Below, in pieces: positions 10,591 through 22,634 of a stretch of 64,000 bases of DNA (position 1 is its first letter; each line of letters begins with the position of its first letter). This DNA comes from Zancudomyces culisetae HAW-14-8 (lineage: Eukaryota > Fungi > Kickxellomycota). A program made the translations under genes and the position numbers. Where the stretch lies: assembly GCA_052426225.1 (NCBI GenBank), contig JBNJNM010000014.1, forward strand, positions 124,001-188,000. The letters are read 5' to 3'. The notes beneath the pieces were generated by a model. That model did not search any database and was not told where the DNA came from. It saw only the letters and a list, made by a program, of their open reading frames with translations.

Positions 10591-13500
10591 GTTAATTAGT
10601 ACCTTTTTAAATTAAAAGAACTATTTAAATTTATCGTTATTGAATTTTCTCTTTCTCTGTCATGGCATTAATATCATATGTACATATACAACAACTTTTA
10701 ATTAAAAGTATATATCATTGTATTAATAGCTAAATCTTATAATTGAACATTTTTCTAAATTTAAATTTACCTTCCTTTATATTATAAATAAGAACTTACA
10801 ACCTCTTCAGTTCATATTACTAATTTCACGACCTAGATTCTCATAACTATTTCTACACTTCCAAATTTCTTAATGAGATAGTTTGGCCAAGTGAACTAGC
10901 TTTTGAGATTTAGAATATTTTAAATAAATATCACATAAAACTACAAACGTCTGAGTAGATTAATATGCTAGATGTGTGAATGCTATTTTCAAACTTTTGA
11001 AATAACAATCAAATCAACTAAATTTTTTTAAAATGATCGCTTAGAGTACTGAATTCTGAATGATTACCATGCTGAGACCCACTACTGTTCTACGCGAATT
11101 TCTATTTACTTCAAAGTAATTTTGAATAGGAATATGGGTGCAATGGGTGGGTATCAGTAGTATATTTCTACACAATCTATTACTATATTTTCAATAATAT
11201 CAGTAAAAATTTATTACAAATATAGTAAAAAGATCTATTTAACCTTTTTTAATGTTTTTAGTACTAGTAATTAAATCTATTTAGATATGGTAATATGTGC
11301 AACGAATATAATAAAATGATAAAATATTTACCTTCAATATGCCTGGCGATAATGGCATGAATTATTTATAATATAGTTTGCCTTAAACCAGTTTATACCG
11401 CTTACGTTATAGATCTTTATACTCGGTTTTTATCCACCGTTTAACATATGTTTTCTAGGCCTGAATCTGTATTCATTTCTACAGTTAAATTCTACCTCTC
11501 TATTAATCTTCAATGCCATTGTCGGTTGGTTTATTCTGACGTAACTAATCTCCAGATTATATCTTTTACATCATTTTCGTACCTTCATTGCTTGTTTAGA
11601 TGATTTCTCTCTGTTATTAGCAAGGATTAGGGACTGGTTCCTACTTGACACAATATTGTCTGCTTCATTGACTTGAGCCCATCTCATTGGTATTACTAAG
11701 TAGAAATATTTAACTAATACTAGGTTTATTTTCTTGTAGCTAGAGCCAGTATTACTTCTTTCGATGTGCTCTAGAAATATGTTTAGAAGTTACCGAGTGT
11801 TCATTTGTGAGTCAATTCTTCATGTTGAATCAAAATTTGGTAGCTAAATGCTCCCAACACCACTTTCATCTGTCGCAAGAACCTTCCAATGTTAATTCTT
11901 ACGCATAAATATAATTGTATTATTTATTTATAATTAGTCTACTGAAAATTATTTCCAAACTATTATCTTTATAACTTTTATTTTTAATATACCCTATGTT
12001 CATCCATTGACTTTTTATCCTAATAAAGCCTAATCTAACTATAGAAAGTTTTGTTAATACACATATACCTAGATAAATGTTTACATACTAAAACTATTCA
12101 ATAATGTATAAAAAATTATACAGAGTAAAAGATACGATCGATGTACCGACTTCTGAACATTATTTATTTGCACGACACATTGTCATCGCTAGTCTCAGTG
12201 TATCAAGTCAGCGTACCAGAGTTTTGGCTGAGTGTGATCGTGAGTTTTATTCCCCTCATGACCACTTTTTTTATAATTCGTTATGGAATTGCCACCAGCG
12301 TCTTGATGCTCCCCCCAGTTAGCTGGGTCAAAATTGGTAGCTCTAGCGTGTTTAGGTATGGATACCTTTACACTCGTGCTTATTGTCTTCTCGTCGTTTC
12401 GAGATTCAGATCTGAAATTTGGCTGAGTTGGTGTCCTGATCATGTGACTATGTGGTTTTGTTTAAGGACTTTTCTGTTTATTTTTTTCAATTTTTCTTGT
12501 TTTACTAGATTTAATTGGACCCGACCCCACCCAATGTGTGCAATGTGTGTCTCAAGTTCTTTGCTGTCCATCCTTTCAATTTCACTCTTGGCAGTAATTT
12601 GTTCATAAACTATGTTTACTTCAAAACCACAGTTGGTTTATTATTTATAGTAGCATTAAAACCAATGATACAAACATCAAAGGGATCTGAGCTTAGATTG
12701 GGGACAGCCCGCTCTCCCCCATGTTGTTGTTGATGTTGTTCTACTGTCGTGGCTAGTGCATTTATACCGGTTCCTTATCCATGGTCTTGTGATGTTCGTC
12801 AGTTTTCTAATGGGTTACATCATGCTCCCTTTATGATATCCACCCTTGGTTTTTCAGACGTTGATTCGTACCTTTATCTTAGTTTTATACTCCTTGATGA
12901 ATTTTTTTTCCCTTATCCTCTCGGGTTTTAGTCGCAGCTGTTCCTCCTGACTCTCCTCAAGCTCGTGACAAACATTTTTTCTGTGTTATTTTTGTTTGCT
13001 GAAATTATACTCTGGTTGCAGCCTTCCCAGAAAATAGTCATCAGTACTTCAACAAATAACGTTCTAGGGATCCCTATGTTTTTATTCACGAATATTATCT
13101 TTATGTCGTTCTGATCCATTATAAGTGTTTTTTCCACAAAAGAGTCTTTTACATTAGTGTCACTTCGTTTTTTCCCACTTTTTAATTATATTGGGAATCA
13201 ACAGAAAGAGTACTGTTTCTCAGAAACTGGAAATGTTCATCACTGTCACTTCCCTGTCATATTCATTGATTTAAAAAACTCTACTTTTTAATAAGCAATA
13301 AAAATGGCTTGTATACCAACTTAGTTGTTTCCTTATTAGAAAGTAAAATAAGCTATTCTGTCCTTTATTATGTTCCACAAATTTGAGGTAGCCCTTCATA
13401 TGGCTGAAAAGTTTTAAAACGTCTTACTGGTGGTAATTCCCGAATTGAGCTCAAGTTACACTGAGAGTGTAATCAGATCGTCTCTTAGTCAGTTTTCAAA

Positions 13501-14510
13501 CAGGTTTTTTTGTCTCCAATTCTGAGTATGTGAAAAGTAGATCTTTTTGCGAACTTATTGCGTCATTTATTGAATAGATTTGTAGGACTTTTTGCGCCTG
13601 CCTGTTTCGGCAGTAAAGGGTCACTCATGGTTGGGCCCATAAAATTGATGATTGCTCACATTCCGCTTTGAAACTTGGCGGTAATCTATCAGTAGTTGTT
13701 AGTCGACGCTTCTGGTATTGGCTTCCTCAACTGTTGTTTTTTCATCCTCTCAACTGTTGCAGGTTCTTTTGTTAAAAGACTGTTCAATACCTTTAAATAA
13801 CTATAACCTGATTGGTTAATTTGGAAAAAAGTTTTTATTTCATAGTGGAGATTGTTCTTGTTGACTAGTTTTCCGGTATAAATTAAATATAACACATTTG
13901 CAATAGTATTATTAAAATTCTAGAATCTTGCACCCCCAAGTATTCTGGAACTTTATTTTCAGTATTAATTTTTTTTCTTATTAGTGCTTATTTTTTGTTC
14001 AGGATTTCATTTCATTTCACCATTTTTTAAATGAATATACCAATAGAAAGTGATATTCCACTTTATAAGATATATATTTTTTATAAGGAAAGTGCTCACT
14101 AATATAAATTTATTCTCCGGAGTAAATACTACACATCCTGATATGTTGCTGTAATCACGTAGTCGCGTTTTTGATTCGCTATAAGGTATGGATTTGACAT
14201 AAATCTCGATAAAATATAATATGACCACACTATATTTGTATAATATACACATACTCACACACGCACACATATCAAAAACATACCTAGTATCAAATTTTTC
14301 TTTGCCTTAATTCAAAACAGTTTAATATAGTAAGTGTTTACTCAAGCGAGAGTAGTTTTATCAGCATAAAAAAAGTATAAATACCTTCAAATTCGGCCAT
14401 ATTCTGAGTTTTCTATATCATCATCGCACTCTAATAGAAGAAAAACTATAATCATTCAACCCTTTAGCTAGACTTCACTAAAAAAAACCTTGTTAGAAAA
14501 TACACTAAAG

Positions 14511-15269
14511 ATGAAAACCTTTACCCTTAGTTTACTGACCCTCGCTTTAAACGCCTTGAGCGTATCCGCATCCTCACAACAGGCACAAAGCAATGAGTAT
14601 CAAAATTCAGTACACCAAAATGATAACCAAATATATGAATCTGGAAATGAAGGTATTGCTTTCAACCAAAACGAAAACACCAACAACAATAATGGGGACT
14701 GGATCCAAAACCTGGGTGACCTAACCTATGCTGAGAACAATGGTGAGTATTCAAACGAGTCCTGCGATGGAACCTTGGGAAATGAGTTGGCTGCCGGAAA
14801 ACGCAGAGGATCAAGAAGAGTTAGAAGATGCAAGAGAAAATTCAGAAAGTGCTTGTTCAGAGTAGCCAGAAGAAGATGCATGATAAAATGTGAAAGAAAG
14901 TGCTCTGAATTTGAAGGTCCTGAGTATGAGAAGTGCACTAATGAGTGCCAAGTTAAATGCAGAAAGATGACTGCTAAGACGTTCTGGAAACGCACCAGAC
15001 CATTGAGATGCTTCAAGGCATGCAAGAAGTGCAGCAAATGCCTTGAGTCCAAGAGAGCACGTGTAAACAAGCTTTTCAGCGATCCAGTATTTGATGAACT
15101 CAAGAAGGCATTTGCCAACCTTAAAAGTAGAGGTACTTTGGAAAGCTACAAAGAATTGAGAAAAGCAATTAAGGAATCTACACCACCAGCTGCTGCAACA
15201 CCAGCACCAGCACCAGCCGCTGCAGCAGCCCCAGTAGCCGCCCCAAAGCCAGCTGCTGGTGGAAAATAA
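14511..15269 (+). CDS. Secreted Cys-rich cationic protein precursor (252 aa)
   Basis: ATG at 14511 (MKTFTLSLLTLALNALSVSA signal), acidic N/Q/E pro-region, GKRR, basic domain with CxxxCxxxC motifs, Ala/Pro tail. GTATAAATA upstream near 14376. Confidence 0.85.
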   Translation: MKTFTLSLLTLALNALSVSASSQQAQSNEYQNSVHQNDNQIYESGNEGIAFNQNENTNNNNGDWIQNLGDLTYAENNGEYSNESCDGTLGNELAAGKRRGSRRVRRCKRKFRKCLFRVARRRCMIKCERKCSEFEGPEYEKCTNECQVKCRKMTAKTFWKRTRPLRCFKACKKCSKCLESKRARVNKLFSDPVFDELKKAFANLKSRGTLESYKELRKAIKESTPPAAATPAPAPAAAAAPVAAPKPAAGGK

Positions 15270-17019
15270 TTGCTAGGCTCAAGTGAACCTAAGCCAAAAG
15301 TGTGTTCTTGATATAATCATTTTCCCTTCTTCAGCTGTATTGATATTACAGTCTTAATTTTATTCTCTATTTAGTAAAATAGTTCGTTTTAAGTTAACTA
15401 GCTTATTAAATAAACATCGCATAAAATAACTAAAAGAATAAACCTACATATTATATACATAACCAATTCCACTTCATATTGTAGAGACCTCATACCTACC
15501 GTTCGTTGGTTCAAAGAGGTCTTTTCTGCTCTGTGTCAATCTAAGATTATTATCTTCGTTTGACAGACGATATCTAAAAATTTTTCCTGTTTCCAGTGCA
15601 AGCCAGAATAGTACACTGGTTTTCCTCCACTATACGAATAGAGAAACCAATCTTGCGACTCCCTGTCACGGAATCTACCTAAAAAAGAATTTATCCACAC
15701 ATCTCTCTTAATTTCTCATCGCTCCCTGAATTAAATAAATGTGATGTACGTCTTAGAAACGATTCTGGACTGAGGTGTAGTATTTGAGTTCAAAAAAATA
15801 TGTGTAATGGTCACTATTCTGCTCTTATTGTAAAATAAACTCGGGGTTTCGACTTTTCTATACATCAGTCCCATATTTACTAGCCTATCTACTGACTAGA
15901 ACTGATCTGTTTTTAATTTCCCTATAGCAATAAGTCTCAGCTTTAGCGTATAGATTTTAAAAAATTATTTAGATCCAATTACCCATACTCGATATTTATA
16001 CCTATTGATTTTAGTGAGTGTGTGTTAAGGCTAGGATAATACGGGATTTATTAAACAGGTTAGAAAACTTAGGGTATCAAAACTACGGGAAATCTATTGG
16101 TTAAATAAAGGATTTTGAATAATATCTATAATAATTGGGTTATGGATCATAACAACATGTTATGTGCGGGGGTGAGAAAGGGGTATTTATTTATAGTAGC
16201 TGGGTTAAATAATGATAAAGTGCTAAAGTTGTGGGATTTATTGCTAATTTATTGAATTGTAAGTGTATTTGATAAAAAGATATATAAATTAATTTAGTGA
16301 ATAAGATAATTAATGAGTATAGAGGAATAAACAGCAAATTAAAACAAGAATGTTTATAAGGGCAGGATAATGATCTTTGGATTTTCAGACGTAGCATTGT
16401 AGTAGAGACAAAAGTAGTGCTTCACAGATTAATAATTGTAAATCCCCAGAAGTATCAACTTCAATTACCAAGTATAGAAGATATTTAGTTTTGAATACTT
16501 GGAGATTTGCAGTTTTAAAAGTTAGAATATTCTGATATTAGTGTAAGTAAACAGTAGGAATTGAAACATTTATAAAATCAATCGATAGTTTCAAGAAAAA
16601 GAAATTATGTTTGTGCTAGTACTAAGAATCTATTTTCTATATTTTTGATATAGCGGATGTGTCATCAAGAGGATTGGATATAATTAAGTCTTTGGATTCA
16701 TTTGATAAATCTTTCAGAGATCAAGATTGAGATTTTAGCCACTAAGTATTGAGGTATCAAGATCATAATACTTTGATACATAGTATCTCTCCAGTCTTTA
16801 GAAATTTTACAGCTTATTTGAAATTATTTGAAGTAAATACACAATTCAAACAAACTCTGTTTAACCTTCTTAGCTTATTTATACTCAAACTCTCACTCGA
16901 TTGTTTATCAAATTTCGACAAGTTGGTTTAAGCTTGAGAAAAATTGCAGGAAGCATTTTCAGAGGTAGAATTTTTCGTATATGTGGTATACAACAAATGG
17001 ATACAGTAATTAACATATT

Positions 17020-17395
17020 GTCGGACGTGACCGGATATTTAACGTTCGTTGGTCGAGTTTCTGACGGGTAGAAACACCTGATTTATCATTTTTCAATTTT
17101 TAAACGGGTCACGTGCCGATTCGGGTTTTACATTCATAGACGAGACGTCTGATATGTCACTATCGCAAGAGTAGCGGTCATAACCCCGGAACTGTTGGAT
17201 GATTGCCTAACAAAGTTGATTTATAAACCTGACATTGAGATTTTAGTTTTTCTAAAATATTGTTTTTAACTTTGAAAACTAGCCTTAGAACTATTCGTAT
17301 GACTTAACTATTAAAACATCTTAATTCAAACAGTCTCATTGTTTACAATATACATTAAAACTACTAAAAGAGCTAAATATACTCATAAAAAGGTT
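17020..17395 (-). mobile_element. 5' fragment of an unidentified repeat family (UTR plus ORF start), homologous to 25490-25910
   Basis: The reverse complement encodes AIIQQFRGYDRYSCDSDISDVSSMNVKPESARDPF; the 25.7 kb copy encodes AIIQRFKDEGRYSSDSDRSEATSMEIEPEASRDPF. Both share TTTAGCTCTTTTAGTAGTTT and ACTAAAATCTCA(A)TGTCAGGT. Confidence 0.65.
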
Positions 17396-18115
17396 GCTTT
17401 GCGTTTAAATGTGTTATAGCTCTGTTAAAACTAATATAATACTTATCAGGTTAATAATTATTATAGCAGTTAATACTTTATACAAGCTTACCATCATCTT
17501 CATATTCTATCTCATTTTTCATAGTCGATTAAATACATTTTAACTTGATTAAATATAAGTTATAAATTCTTTCTCTGTTCTTATTTCGCTTTGTAATTTT
17601 GCTTTTGTATTTTTTGATCCGAGAATTAAATTAATTTTGTGATCGGAAATAAGATTCAAAACTTTCTTGCTAATATTATGAATAGTATAAGTTTCAGATT
17701 TGAAATATTATGCTTTCTAATAATTGCTTCAAGTTTACTAAGAAATTAAAACATTCAGATCTTATAACCTAGAATATACGACAATTGCAAGAATATACAA
17801 CTAATTGAAAGTTGAAAAGAAGAAAATTGATGTAATGATGTCGAGTACACTTAAATTTATTATTTGTCACTTCAGTCCTAAAAAACCTGCGTTTTGCAGT
17901 TTCCATAGCTATTTTGAGTATATTTTAACATTTTCAGAATATAGCTCACAAAATTCAACCTGTGCTGCAAATATCTTTATATCATGTTTTAATATATTAT
18001 AAACATATATTGTTGATAACATAAATAAAAATAATAACCAATAGAATTTATTATCCCAAAGCTGGCTTTTTTTACCAAGCTAAAAAATAGTAGCTAAATT
18101 AAATAGGAATGATAT

Positions 18116-18438
18116 AATAATATGTTTAGTTGAATGAAATGAAAACTTATTATTATTATGCGAACATCCAGATACAATTATGGTGATACCAATCTATATT
18201 ATAAATCAAAATTCCTTCCTAGATACTATTTTTATCGATTAATCCATTACCTTAAAATTTGGTAAAAAATTAAATCGATAAAAAGAGTGTTTAAATTTAG
18301 AAACTTTATACGTAATGATGTGTGTAATGACAGACATCACTGTATAATTTTTATAAAATAAGTAAAACTAACTAAATAAAATAAATTTAAACCATATATA
18401 AACTGATGTCCCCTGTTTCCTGATGAATCTTTACCATC
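18116..18438. repeat. DIRS-A right (3') inverted terminal repeat
   Basis: Reverse complement of 22776-23098 with few mismatches. Confidence 0.9.
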
Positions 18439-18471
18439 GTTGAGCTAGGTATGGGTGGGAATTGGGTGGGA

Positions 18472-18566
18472 CATAATTGTATCTGGATGTTCGCATAATA
18501 ATAATAAGTTTTCATTTCATTCAACTAAACATATTATTATGCTTCACTTATTCAGATACAATTATG
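18472..18566. other. DIRS-A internal complementary region (ICR)
   Basis: 18472-18540 is the exact reverse complement of 18114-18182. It is followed by GCTTCACTTATTCAGATACAATTATG. Confidence 0.85.
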
Positions 18567-21354
18567 TAGCTTCAGAGTTCAAGATAAATTTAGTTAAATT
18601 TTCACGAGTTCTACGTGATAATTGATAATAAGTATCAAATATACCTTTACTTGCCCAAAATCCTTGTGCAATAACATCGTCGTATGTCGCACCTAGGTTT
18701 GTAGCTCTAGTAGATCCAAATGCTCGAGCTTTTGGTAGCTTTGGGCTTTCTGGCAACTGCAAGAGTGACATCAACGAATTAATGTGTTTACTGATTTGTT
18801 GTGCCCCAATGTGTTTGTGTCATTATTTATCATGCCATTTGTAATTAAATACACGTGTTGTATTTAATTACTAAATTGCTGCGCAATTTTGTCAAAAATC
18901 ATTTTGGGAAATTTAATTTTATTGATTGCGCAGTAGATTAGGTAATTTAGAAACGTGTTAAAATTACGACATTTTGCTGCGCAATTACACGTTTTACATT
19001 ACTAATCAATTGATTATTAATCATTCTAGAATTCTAACATTCTAGAATTTTCTATATAGTTATAACAATGTTTTTCATAGTTTTTTAGTAGTTTTGGAAA
19101 AGTATATATAGCCATAGATTTTATTGAAAGAGAACTTCAGCAATAAAATATCTTCACAAGATATATACTACTTTAAATAACTAAATAATATAAAATAAAA
19201 TAATACTTAGTTGTCAGGTCCTGACAGTTTGTCGTTATACTTTAAGTTGCGGATAAGGTAGTGCAATTGTACTCCATCGAGGATCGGATGGTTTGCAACA
19301 CTCGGAAAAGTTGCAATGCGTTTTTTATATGCTCTGTATGTTACTACAGGACATAATTTATAGTCGCTATGTGTGTGGATTATACTGACCTTTTCAAACG
19401 GATTTCCACTTCGCTTTTCTTTTGGTCCAACAATAACAAATTTAAGATAATCTTTATTGATTTCCGTCTTTGAATCATCGATTAGTTCAATGTCAGAAGG
19501 TCTCAAAAATCCACAAATTGCTAGCAACCAACAAAATTTAATTGTTAAATTTTGCTTGCTCATTTTAAAATTTGAACCAAAATTTTTAATATGTTCGATA
19601 ATCGGATTAATATCGTAGTTAGGGTTGTTAAAAGATCGAACTGAAGTTGAATCGAGCTGTTTTAAATAATCAATCATCAAAATATCGCTGCTATATGTTC
19701 GCCATTCAGCATTAATATCAATGATAGCAGACTTGTAGTTTTTTATAGTACCAACTTTTAAATTGTTACTAATACGATGTTCATCAAGGAAATTGATAAC
19801 ATCAACAACTGAAACGTTATTAATATCAAGTTTTGCAGACTCTAACCACTTAATAAACTTTACCTTGATGTTGTAATATTGTTTTTGTTTTGCCATATTT
19901 CGTTTACCAGTTGTCATTAACGTGATAACTGAATCTTTTAAACCCGTTTTTTCAAGGCGTGCGCGCTTAATTTCCAAGCCGTAAGCGACCATGTTTTGTT
20001 TATCTGTGTCACTTGCTTTCCGCTTTTTGGATCCGGAATTATCTGTGGAGCTAATATCTTGATCGGTAGAGCTATTAGCATGCTCTTGAGGTCTGGATAC
20101 CATGGTGCTGACCTCCAAAACGGTGTTATCAATGTCGCTGATACTTTGTCCTGTCTGATCTTCTGTAATGTTTTCTGTATCAGATTCCATGGTGGACAAA
20201 GGTATGGATTCGTCCAAATGCTCCAATGATGATTGAATGCATTCGTTTTCGCTGCTTCTGGTGTCCGTTTCCAACTCACAAATGTTGATAGTTTGTGGTT
20301 GTTGTTGTAGGCAAACATGTCCACATCGTGTGGACCGAACTGTTTCTGTATCTTCTGAAACATCTTGTCTGATAGTGACCACTCTGTTTGAGCTGTTAAA
20401 CGTGATGGTGCATCCGCTGGATACAGTATTGATGGCACATACTGAATCTGAACCCGAGTGCCATTGCTGATGCAATGTTTCCAAATTGCTTCCGAAATGT
20501 CCATCAGATTCACTGATTTGGTTCCCCCATGCTTCTTGATGTAGCTGATTGAAGTGTTGTTGTCGCAATATACGACGACACTCTTTCCCTGAACCTGCGG
20601 CAGCTTCACTGCATACTGGATTGCTAATAATTCCTTCGCATTGATAGGGAGCTTCATCTGTTGTCGTGTCCATGTCCCCGTATACTGATTGCTGTCTATC
20701 ACTATCCCCCAGTGATTGTCGCTCGCATCCGTATATACTTCTATCTCTGGGATCTCCGGAAGAAAGCATAGACCATTCCATTGCTTCAGATGGTCCCTCC
20801 ACCACGTCAGATTGTCCAGTGCGGGCTGATTCAGTGTTACTTGTGAACTCCAATCCGTGGTGCGTTTCAGAGTGTTGTTTTTGAGCTCTAACAACCTCCT
20901 GCTCATCAGTCGTCCCGGTCTGAGTGCTATATTCACTGCCTGCGTTTTGCCAATGAATGATGCCAGATCCTTCAGTGTTGTACACCCTTTGTGTATCAAC
21001 CTGGATGCCTCTCTCGCTAAATCTTTGAGTTTCTGTTTGGGTATCTTGAAACTCATTTGACGGCTGTTGATGTTCATCCCAAGATGCGTAATACATTGTT
21101 TGGGATGTATTGATGACTTTTCCTGGTTGATCAGGAATCCCAGTTTCACCAGTTTCTTGGATACCATGTTTGTGAACTTTAGACACTCTGTTTTTGTTGA
21201 TCCTAAGATTAACAAATCGTCTAAGTAGCTCGACATTCGTATCCCGCGAGCTCTGGCCCATTTCAGTACTGGTTTTAGTATTTTTGTGAATACTAGTGGG
21301 CTTAAAGATAGACCAAATGGGAGCACCCTGTACTGGTAGGTGCGACCGCCCCAT
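18562..21354 (-). pseudogene. DIRS-A tyrosine recombinase, interrupted by a solo LTR at 18818-19226
   Basis: Motifs GFLRPSD, PKEKR, LCPV. Removing the LTR and one TSD gives ...NDK-HIGAQQISKHINSLM...PKARAFGS...QGFWASKGIFDTYY in frame. Confidence 0.9.
18818..19226 (+). mobile_element. Solo Ty3-type LTR (409 bp) inserted in the YR gene
   Basis: TGTCA...TGACA ends; 5-bp TSD GTTTG at 18813-18817 and 19227-19231. Confidence 0.95.
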
Positions 21355-22634
21355 GTAAACCTGAGATACTTTCTGGACGTTTTGTTGATCAATACGTGTA
21401 GAAATGCATCGCTGAGGTCTATGCTGGTCATATAATCCCCTTTGCGGATCATTCTGGAGATAGTTGTGAGCGACTCCATCTTGAAATGTCGCTGTGGGAT
21501 GTACTGATTTAACGGTCTTAAATTCAGTACCATCCGCGTGCCTCCGTTCTTCTTTGGGATTGTAAACGGATTTGAGTAGAACCCTGGCTGCGCGGATGAA
21601 GCTTCCTCTATTGCTTTCTTTGACAGGAGGTTTGATATCTCCTGTTCGACACTTTTTCTGGAAGCTTTTTCAAGTTGTAACCGAACGGTTTTTTCTGCTT
21701 GACCGTCGGTGGATGCGTTTTGAAGGGGATTCTGAACCCGTCTGAGATCACTTGGAGTATCCATTTGTGATCTGTGAGGCGCATCCAAGCCTCCTGGAAC
21801 ATCCTCAGTCTCCCTCCTACTTTCGGTGTTTGCTGCTGTTTGCAAACCGAAAATTACCGCCAGTAGCAGCGGATTTGTGTTGTCGTTGTTGTTGGATCTA
21901 CTGCGGCTCTGCTTGAACATTTTGGTTAACTGATGGCTGAAACGGAATGCTTGGGAAGGTCCTGGTTGCGTTGAATCTTGGTCTTCTCTGCTGCACATTT
22001 TTTGTTGCACGCTGCAATGTATTTGCTGCTGCTTTAACTTCGAGCATCTGCTGTATGTCCACGAGAGGCTTCTTTGATGATGAAGCCATTTCTGGAGGAT
22101 CTGATGGTACTCCTGAGGCTTTGTATGACAGTTTGATTCTTTGTTGCGTGATATTGGATGCAACATCCGCAAGTAAAACTCTGATTGAGTTGATAAAAAC
22201 TGCAAGTTTTTCGGCACTGACTGCACCTCCGTCACGGATTGCTTCGTGCATAAAGTAATCCAAAGGTCTTGTACCGGCTGATAAACGGTACTGGATGTCA
22301 TATAACATCGCATCAGTACGTTTATTGTCACCTGATAACTTGATGTTTTCCTCTGGTGGTTCATAATCCATGCCAGAGTTTCTTGGGATGGCTGCGTAAA
22401 ACTTCTTGCGTTCGACATCTGCCAGTGGTGTCCAAAAGAAATCCTGTTCAACTGTTGGTAGCGCCTTTTGCAGTTTTGGATACATGACCAGGTCAGATGG
22501 TGTTGGACTGGGAACCACGAAGTTTTCAACTGAATCATCGTCGACTGCATCAACGATTGATGGAGCAGTGATGTTTGCTGAATCACTGATTTCTGATACT
22601 GACATGTGATCATTTGATGCGGTTTGTTTTTCAA
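19938..22634 (-). CDS. DIRS-A pol: reverse transcriptase, RNase H and DNA adenine methyltransferase-like domain
   Basis: RT motifs IDLSDAFLHV, LPFGLSLSP, SYLDDLL; RH motifs YTDAS, NAKELLA, CDN; MT motifs DMFA...NAF...NPYLCPPW. True start uncertain. Confidence 0.92.
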   Translation of the reverse strand: MKNKPHQMITCQYQKSVIQQTSLLHQSLMQSTMIQLKTSWFPVQHHLTWSCIQNCKRRYQQLNRISFGHHWQMSNARSFTQPSQETLAWIMNHQRKTSSYQVTINVLMRCYMTSSTVYQPVQDLWITLCTKQSVTEVQSVPKNLQFLSTQSEFYLRMLHPISRNKESNCHTKPQEYHQILQKWLHHQRSLSWTYSRCSKLKQQQIHCSVQQKMCSREDQDSTQPGPSQAFRFSHQLTKMFKQSRSRSNNNDNTNPLLLAVIFGLQTAANTESRRETEDVPGGLDAPHRSQMDTPSDLRRVQNPLQNASTDGQAEKTVRLQLEKASRKSVEQEISNLLSKKAIEEASSAQPGFYSNPFTIPKKNGGTRMVLNLRPLNQYIPQRHFKMESLTTISRMIRKGDYMTSIDLSDAFLHVLINKTSRKYLRFTWGGRTYQYRVLPFGLSLSPLVFTKILKPVLKWARARGIRMSSYLDDLLILGSTKTECLKFTNMVSKKLVKLGFLINQEKSSIHPKQCITHLGMNINSRQMSFKIPKQKLKDLAREASRLIHKGCTTLKDLASFIGKTQAVNIALRPGRLMSRRLLELKNNTLKRTTDWSSQVTLNQPALDNLTWWRDHLKQWNGLCFLPEIPEIEVYTDASDNHWGIVIDSNQYTGTWTRQQMKLPINAKELLAIQYAVKLPQVQGKSVVVYCDNNTSISYIKKHGGTKSVNLMDISEAIWKHCISNGTRVQIQYVPSILYPADAPSRLTAQTEWSLSDKMFQKIQKQFGPHDVDMFAYNNNHKLSTFVSWKRTPEAAKTNAFNHHWSIWTNPYLCPPWNLIQKTLQKIRQDKVSATLITPFWRSAPWYPDLKSMLIALPIKILAPQIIPDPKSGKQVTQINKTWSLTAWKLSAHALKKRV

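Noticed and set aside
11350-13900. Possible decayed LINE or other element on the minus strand (strand-biased composition, weak Cys/His trace near 12560-12600)
   Set aside because: No diagnostic endonuclease or RT motif could be read
15480-16980. Possibly decayed coding or transposon sequence
   Set aside because: No recognisable motifs or termini
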